Below, in pieces: positions 58,899-64,000 of a stretch of DNA of 64,000 bases (its first letter is position 1; the number at the start of each line of letters is the position of its first letter). The position numbers and the translations under genes were made by a program. The stretch is from positions 801 to 64,800 of the forward strand of contig JADLEX010000078.1 of assembly GCA_020845895.1 (NCBI GenBank), written 5' to 3'. The notes beneath the pieces were generated by a model. That model saw only the letters and a program-made list of their open reading frames with translations. It searched no databases and was not told the DNA's origin. The DNA comes from Deltaproteobacteria bacterium. Lineage in GTDB: Bacteria; Lernaellota; Lernaellaia; JACKCT01.

Positions 58899-59524
58899 GG
58901 CGATTCCTTTACTTCGGGCTCGGATTCGGCGGCGCTTTGCAGCCGCCGGTCGATTTTTCGCACGTAGTCGCGGCACAGTTCGAACATTGCGTGGTGCAGC
59001 GCGCGACCGAAGGGCGGGTTGTCGGGCACCACGCCGACGAGGCCGATGCGCGCGCCGTCGCGCTCCCACGTTTCCACGGGACGCACCCCCGCTCCGCCCG
59101 ATCCTTCGGCGAGCAGCCCCCACTCCTTGCCGTCGCGCGCGCGGCGAAGCGTCACGTCCATGCTGAAGGTCACGTGGCCCTTATCCCAATCGCCGCGAAC
59201 GTTGGCCACGGTCACGACCGCGTCGAACCCCGGCGCGTCGGCGCGGTCGGTGATGGCGACGTCGCGCGCGACGATGCGCGTCGCCGTGGCGAGCCCGCGC
59301 GTGATGGCGTCGGTCAGGCGTTTGTTGAGCGTGGTGTCGTCCGTGCGCCAGTTGGCGGTCAGCGTCTGGGGACGCACGATGGCCACGCGTAGCGGCCACG
59401 GCTCGGATCGTCCCGATTCCGCCGCGACGGTGAACGAGTTTTCGACGTGAATCAGCTCGGCGCAACCGGCGACGAAGACGACCGCGAGGACCATCCATAA
59501 CCGTGCGGGAAGCGCGTGCCGCAT
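58895..59524 (-). CDS. Lipoprotein of unknown function
   Basis: Signal peptide with lipobox 'FVAGC'; overlaps the ltaE start by 4 bp. Start refined to MRHALP at 59524. Confidence 0.5.
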   Translation of the reverse strand: MRHALPARLWMVLAVVFVAGCAELIHVENSFTVAAESGRSEPWPLRVAIVRPQTLTANWRTDDTTLNKRLTDAITRGLATATRIVARDVAITDRADAPGFDAVVTVANVRGDWDKGHVTFSMDVTLRRARDGKEWGLLAEGSGGAGVRPVETWERDGARIGLVGVVPDNPPFGRALHHAMFELCRDYVRKIDRRLQSAAESEPEVKESP

Positions 59525-59531
59525 GGCCAGA

Positions 59532-60323
59532 TCACACCAGCCGGGGGAAGACGCGCCGCGCGGTGGCGAGCGCCGAGCGCGCGACATCGCCCACGGGAAC
59601 GCCGAACAGTTCCGCGAATTTTTCGGCCACGCGCACCACGTGCGCGGGCTCGCAGCGCTTGCCGCGGTCGGGCTTGGGCGCCATGTAGGGCGCGTCGGTT
59701 TCGGTCATCACGTGGCCCAGTCCCGCGCGGCGGATCACCGCGTGCGACGGCATCTCGGGTTTGAACGTCACCGTTCCCGTGAAGCTGAGGGCGAAGCCCA
59801 TCTCCATCACGCGCTCGGCCATCGCCACGTCGCCCGCGAAGCAATGAAACACGCCGCGATAGGGACCGTCGGCCTCGTCGGCAAGGATCGCGAGCGTGTC
59901 GTCGTCCGCCTCCCGCGAATGAATGACGATCGGCAGATCGTGTTTACGTGCGAGATGGATCTGATCGACGAATACGCGGCGCTGCACGTCGCGCGGGCTG
60001 AAATCGTAATGATAGTCGAGACCGATCTCGCCCCACGCCACGACCTTGGGTCCATCGGCCATGCGCTCGAAATCGGCCATCATGTCGGGCGTCGCCGATT
60101 TCGCGTCGTGCGGATGCAGGCCGAGCGCCATGAAGACCTCGGGCCGCCGCGCGGCGAGATCCGAAACGGCGCGCGCGTCACGGGCGTTCGTCGCCACGCA
60201 GATCATGCGCGTCACCCCGGACGCGAGGGCGCGGTCGATCACGGCGTCGCGGTCGGCGTCGAATTTCTCGGATTCGAGATGGCAGTGCGTGTCGATGAAT
60301 GCGATGGCGGGCGAGGATTCCAT
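59532..60323 (-). CDS. tatD: TatD-family metal-dependent hydrolase
   Basis: 'FIDTHCHL' (the first His cluster) and 'GEIGLDYHY'; 264 aa from the refined start. Confidence 0.85.
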   Translation of the reverse strand: MESSPAIAFIDTHCHLESEKFDADRDAVIDRALASGVTRMICVATNARDARAVSDLAARRPEVFMALGLHPHDAKSATPDMMADFERMADGPKVVAWGEIGLDYHYDFSPRDVQRRVFVDQIHLARKHDLPIVIHSREADDDTLAILADEADGPYRGVFHCFAGDVAMAERVMEMGFALSFTGTVTFKPEMPSHAVIRRAGLGHVMTETDAPYMAPKPDRGKRCEPAHVVRVAEKFAELFGVPVGDVARSALATARRVFPRLV

Positions 60324-60327
60324 GGGC

Positions 60328-60732
60328 TCATTCGGTAGCTTCGGCGGCATCCGACTCGGCGGCCTTGTCCGGGCTCTTGCGCCGCTTGCGCGGCCAGACG
60401 ACGTGCACGCCCTCGGCGCTGGAGGACGCCCGCCCGCGCGGGGCGTCGGCCCACACGCCTTCGAGATCGTAATGGGTGCGGATCGGCTCGTGGAAGATGT
60501 GCATGACCACGTCGCCGTAGTCGATGACCACCCACTGGCCTTCGCGCTCGCCTTCGCGGCCGAGCGGATAGACGTTTTCCTTCTTCATCCGCTCGATCAC
60601 GTGCTCGGCCACGGTCGCGGCCTGGCGCGTGCTGGTGCCGTGGCAGACGATGATGGCGTCGGTGTACGAACACAGCCCGCCGACGTCGAGGATGACGACG
60701 TCGTAAGCGAGCTTGGCCAGCGCGTGCGTCAC
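60328..60732 (-). CDS. rsfS: Ribosomal silencing factor RsfS (Iojap)
   Basis: 'DVVILDVGGLCSYTDAIIVCHGTSTRQAATVAEHV...GQWVVIDYGDVVMHIFH'. The true start is probably a non-ATG codon a few codons upstream, because the frame remains open to the stop of the XRE gene. Confidence 0.75.
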   Translation of the reverse strand: MTHALAKLAYDVVILDVGGLCSYTDAIIVCHGTSTRQAATVAEHVIERMKKENVYPLGREGEREGQWVVIDYGDVVMHIFHEPIRTHYDLEGVWADAPRGRASSSAEGVHVVWPRKRRKSPDKAAESDAAEATE

Positions 60733-60825
60733 GATGGACTCAACGCGCGCTTTCGTCGATTTGGGTAGAGCCAGGGCGGCCTCCTGAGGGTTTGGCGGGA
60801 ACTTGTCAGATCGTACGGGCGGGTG

Positions 60826-61290
60826 TCAACCGACGATAGGCGGTCCCCCGAGCGTCGGTTGCGGCGCGAGCGGCTGCTCGAACAGACCCCGCATGCGAAC
60901 GCCGAGTACGTCGAGAATACGGCTTGCGCGGGCCACCGTGATGTTGTGGTACTCGTTGCGCTCGTCGCGGGAGACCTGCGATTCATGCACGCCGAGCCGC
61001 GATGCAAGCTCTCGCTGCGTGAGTCCCCGGGCGATGCGCAAAGCCACGAGTGCTTGCCCAAGCCCATGCAGATTCATCGTCTCGGCGATGTCGCCGCGCC
61101 TCAAACGCTCGTAACTCTCGACCTCTTCGGCGAGTTGCTCGTGAAACGACTGTAGCGGGTCGATCGCCCGTTTCACCTCGTCGGGGCCGAGGCCCATGGC
61201 TTCCAGATGCACCTTGTGGTTGCAGAGACGCGCGCGCTCGTCCTGAAGCCGACGCACGGCCTCCTGATATTCGGTTTCGTTTCGGATCAT
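60826..61290 (-). CDS. XRE-family helix-turn-helix DNA-binding protein (HTH in the C-terminal half)
   Basis: 'RGLTQRELASRLGVHESQVSRDERNEYHNITVARASRILDVLGV' is a classic HTH_XRE; the N-terminal ~70 aa form a predicted helical region. Confidence 0.6.
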   Translation of the reverse strand: MIRNETEYQEAVRRLQDERARLCNHKVHLEAMGLGPDEVKRAIDPLQSFHEQLAEEVESYERLRRGDIAETMNLHGLGQALVALRIARGLTQRELASRLGVHESQVSRDERNEYHNITVARASRILDVLGVRMRGLFEQPLAPQPTLGGPPIVG

Positions 61291-61368
61291 GGCAGGTCTT
61301 CCTTTCGGATCTTCACGATCCCTCTCGGTCTCCCGTCGCGCCGAGAAAGCCGAAATGCCGATGGGAAC

Positions 61369-61863
61369 TCAAGTTCGTTGCCGAATGCGTCGCGGATTCC
61401 AGTGGGTTGTCCGTAGTGCGGGTAGAGTTTCGATCCGATATTGGTGCCACATCGGCAGTTGCTTCTTCGGATAGCCCCGATACGACCTGCGCGATGCGGG
61501 GTCCCACTTCCAGATCTTGTGCGGATCAAGCAGATTGAGGGCAGTCTGCAGCCGACCGCTCGCCAATTCCCGCATATCGCACACGAAATACCCATCGATG
61601 TCGTTCGGGTGTTCCTTGTCCTCCACGAAGGAGCCGTCGACGAAGATCTCGATGATTCCAACCTGCCACAGCTGCCGTGTCAGGATCTCCAGGTTTTCGA
61701 CGAGCCTGCCGCGCCATTCTCGATCCCAATTTTCGTAATCTTCCTCGGGACCGCGCACGAGAAACGAAGCGTGCAACTCTGTCAGCGTCAATTCGTAGTC
61801 GCCAACCGGAAGACACCCGTTGACGTCGAACTCAGGGAGCAAGACTGACCCCCGTCCGGCCAA
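61369..61863 (-). CDS. Hypothetical protein with a minimal nucleotidyltransferase-like motif (GS-x10-DxD)
   Basis: 'IFVDGSFVEDKEHPNDIDGYF' matches the GS...D.D signature of pol-beta-type nucleotidyltransferases. It is the first gene of a pair with the XRE protein. Confidence 0.4.
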   Translation of the reverse strand: MAGRGSVLLPEFDVNGCLPVGDYELTLTELHASFLVRGPEEDYENWDREWRGRLVENLEILTRQLWQVGIIEIFVDGSFVEDKEHPNDIDGYFVCDMRELASGRLQTALNLLDPHKIWKWDPASRRSYRGYPKKQLPMWHQYRIETLPALRTTHWNPRRIRQRT

Positions 61864-61932
61864 GCCTTTTGCGGCCGATTCGCCGAACCGCGCCCCGACC
61901 TTTCAGCGACATCATCAGCAAGCATAGCTCAT

Positions 61933-61948
61933 TTGTCAAGCTTGACAA
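61933..61948. promoter_or_regulatory. Perfect 16-bp palindrome TTGTCAAGCTTGACAA with adjacent TTGACAA/GTCAAC half-site repeats; candidate operator
   Basis: Seen directly, ~70 bp upstream of the 61863 start codon. Confidence 0.4.
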
Positions 61949-61980
61949 TTGCGTCAACTGCGTTGACAAGTGGCTACCGT

Positions 61981-63351
61981 TCACCCCAGCCCAAACTCAC
62001 CACGCAGTACCCTCACTTGTTCCCGCACGGCGTCCGGCGCGGTGCCGCCAGCCACGCTTCGGCGTTCGATCGACGCACGCGGCGTCCATCGGGAGACGGC
62101 GATGGGAATGCCGAGGCGAGCGGCGATGTCTTCGGGCGGCACATCGGCGAGGCGGCGGCCCGATTCCTCGAGTTCGCGGATGAATCCGGCGACGATCTCG
62201 TGCGCACGGCGAAATGGCGTGCCGCCCTCCACCAGCGCGTCGGCGAAATCCGTCGCGGCGCACTCGGCGGGAATCGACGCGGCGAGACGCTCGACCCGCC
62301 ACACGGCGTCGCGCAGATGCGCGCCCGTCACGTCGAGGCACAGCAGGAGCGTGTCGAAGACCTCGAAGACCGTGGCCTTGTCGTCCTGCAGATCCTTGCC
62401 GTAGGCGTGGGGCAGGCCCTTGAGGATCGCGGCGAATCCGGTCGCGCGTCCGATGATCGTCGCGGCCTTGGCGCGCACGAGTTCGAGCCCGTCGGGATTG
62501 CGTTTCTGGGGCATCATCGAGCTGCCCGTGCTGACCGAATCCCCCGCGCGGTAGTGGCCGAACTCGGCGGACGCGCGGATCACGCCGTCCTCGGCGCGAC
62601 GCGACAGATGCACCGCGCAGGTGGTCGCCGCGTGCAGAAATTCCAGCGCCGCGTCGCGGCTCGACACGCCGTCCTGCGCGTTGATCGTCGGCCGCGCGAA
62701 GCCCAGCGCCTTGGCGAGCGCGTGGCGATCGACCGCGAGACCCGAGCCCGCGAGCGCGCCCGACCCCAGCGGGCACTCGTCGGCTCGTGCGATGGCGTCC
62801 ACAAAGCGGCTGCGGTCGCGCGCGAGTTCCGCCGCGAAGGAACACAGATCGAACCCCAGCGTGATCGGCAACGCGGCTTGAAGGTGCGTGTAGCCGGGCA
62901 TGACGGTTTCCGTGTGCCGCTCGGCGAGATTGAGCACGAGCCCGGCGAGGTCGCGGATGCGCGCTGCGGTTTGCGCGCACGCGTCGCGCAGAAAGAGGCG
63001 GAAGTCGGTCGCCACCTGGTCGTTGCGGCTGCGTCCACTGTGCACGCGCGCGCCGGCGTCGCCCACGCGCTCGGTGAGCAGGCGTTCGATCAGGCTGTGC
63101 ACGTCTTCGTCGGGCATCGTGTCGGGATCGAACGCGAAGGCCTCGAACTCGCGCAGGATGTTCGTCAGCTCGCGGTCGAGCGCCTCGCGCTCCGCCGTGG
63201 TCAGCACGCCCAGGCGTTCGAGTTCGCCGATCCACGCGCGGTTGGTCGCCACGTCCTCGGGCAACAGGCGGATGTCCACGGGCAGGCTGCGATTGAGCGC
63301 CTCCATCGACGCATCGAGACGGCCGCCGATGCGGCCCTTCCACAGGGTCAT
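61981..63351 (-). CDS. argH: Argininosuccinate lyase
   Basis: Fumarate-lyase signature 'GSSMMPQKRNPD'; 456 aa; N-terminus 'MTLWKGRIGGRLDASMEALNRSL'. Confidence 0.9.
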   Translation of the reverse strand: MTLWKGRIGGRLDASMEALNRSLPVDIRLLPEDVATNRAWIGELERLGVLTTAEREALDRELTNILREFEAFAFDPDTMPDEDVHSLIERLLTERVGDAGARVHSGRSRNDQVATDFRLFLRDACAQTAARIRDLAGLVLNLAERHTETVMPGYTHLQAALPITLGFDLCSFAAELARDRSRFVDAIARADECPLGSGALAGSGLAVDRHALAKALGFARPTINAQDGVSSRDAALEFLHAATTCAVHLSRRAEDGVIRASAEFGHYRAGDSVSTGSSMMPQKRNPDGLELVRAKAATIIGRATGFAAILKGLPHAYGKDLQDDKATVFEVFDTLLLCLDVTGAHLRDAVWRVERLAASIPAECAATDFADALVEGGTPFRRAHEIVAGFIRELEESGRRLADVPPEDIAARLGIPIAVSRWTPRASIERRSVAGGTAPDAVREQVRVLRGEFGLG

Positions 63352-63605
63352 GCCGGTCTCTCCGGGCGGTGCGTGGTTGCAGTTGTCGTCAGGGCCGCGT
63401 TTAGCATACGGGGCGCGCGGGCGCTACGGCCTCGCCCGGCGGCGCGGGAGCACTGAACGTGACGTGCGAACGTGACGTGCAAACGTAACGCGCGTGTTGA
63501 CGCTCCGGGGGGCGATGCCTATATTGCGGCGCTCATTGGGGTTTTCTCGCGACACGGCCCGGCGATTCGAGGGCGGCGCGGTCGCGAAAGGGGAGCGGAT
63601 TCGCC

Positions 63606-63941
63606 ATGAACAAGATGGAAATTCTGAAGCTGCCGGTTCCGAAACTGCGGGACGAAGCGCACAAGATCCCGGATCTTTCGGGCATCTCCGGGATGAACAA
63701 GGACCAGCTCACGCGCGCGCTGTTCGAACACTACGGCATCCCGCTGGAAGAATCGGTCGAGATCTACAAGGACCCGGCGGTCAAGACGGGTATCCGCGCG
63801 GCCAAGAAGGCCCGGGCCGAGGCGCTGGCTGCGGGCGATAAGAAAAAAGCCAAGATCCTTCAGGGCAAGGTGCACGGCCTCAAGCGCACCACGCGGCAGT
63901 GGACCAAGGCGAAGGTCCGCGCGAAGGCGAAGAAGGGCTGA
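63606..63941 (+). CDS. Small basic protein with a Rho-termination-factor N-terminal-like domain
   Basis: 'EILKLPVPKLRDEAHKIPDLSGISGMNKDQLTRALFEHYG' resembles the Rho_N helical bundle; the Lys-rich C-terminal tail; GGGGAG RBS. Confidence 0.45.
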   Translation: MNKMEILKLPVPKLRDEAHKIPDLSGISGMNKDQLTRALFEHYGIPLEESVEIYKDPAVKTGIRAAKKARAEALAAGDKKKAKILQGKVHGLKRTTRQWTKAKVRAKAKKG

Positions 63942-64000
63942 CACGCCGACGCGATCGGTGTGGTAGGATTGGCGGCGGGCCGGGGCGGATCGAAGGATCC

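Overview
This 64 kb window is high-GC (~65-70%) bacterial chromosomal DNA. Four features point weakly to a Deltaproteobacteria/Myxococcota-like lineage: ATP synthase genes b', b, delta, alpha, gamma, beta and epsilon are grouped without a/c, parA-parB is followed by a bactofilin gene, several proteins carry Myxococcus-type Cys-rich repeats, and many lipoproteins are present. This placement is inference only.

Housekeeping content is the atpF'FHAGDC operon, parAB with a bactofilin, icd, an Acs-like acyl-CoA synthetase, maeB, argH, ltaE, tatD, rsfS, rqcH, a PAS-GGDEF/HDOD pair, an OPT transporter, a RelE-type toxin-antitoxin pair and a tRNA-Arg(UCG).

Three regions look accessory or unusual. (1) A low-GC (~40%) module at the left edge encodes the C-terminal end of a larger protein plus an overlapping downstream ORF, the classic polymorphic-toxin/immunity layout. 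Next to it is a truncated FGE-sulfatase-domain lipoprotein. (2) Three cobalamin-binding radical SAM enzymes flank a GT-C (ArnT/PMT-like, GT39/GT83) membrane glycosyltransferase. (3) A ~21 kb surface-protein island (25.7-46.8 kb) ends at the tRNA-Arg. It encodes lipoproteins and secreted proteins: a papain-like peptidase with a PKD domain, two tandem FG-GAP paralogs with ~45-residue poly-Thr tracts, a three-fold internal-repeat protein, a GH92 alpha-mannosidase and a neutral-ceramidase-like enzyme. These share poly-Asp 'DDDx' tethers after the lipobox, a reused 'GDDDTWPPLPDDD' linker cassette, and in four cases a terminal Gly-Cys-x-Cys motif immediately before the stop codon. Two large GT-C-like membrane proteins (one YfhO-family) sit inside this island.

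Taken together this suggests an uncharacterised surface protein glycosylation or glycolipid-processing system; this is inference to be tested.

Smaller signals: a 27-bp perfect hairpin followed by a 48-aa membrane ORF behind an AT-rich sigma70-like promoter, a 38-bp tandem duplication at the maeB 3' end, a His-rich periplasmic extension on ATP synthase subunit b, and an XRE-HTH/nucleotidyltransferase-fold pair behind a perfect 16-bp palindrome.

No CRISPR arrays, rRNA genes or recognisable transposases were seen. Because of the high GC content, many long antisense ORFs in the track are artefacts. Gene boundaries were refined from ORF-table coordinates and signal-peptide/RBS logic; all family calls are by-eye motif recognition, not database searches.
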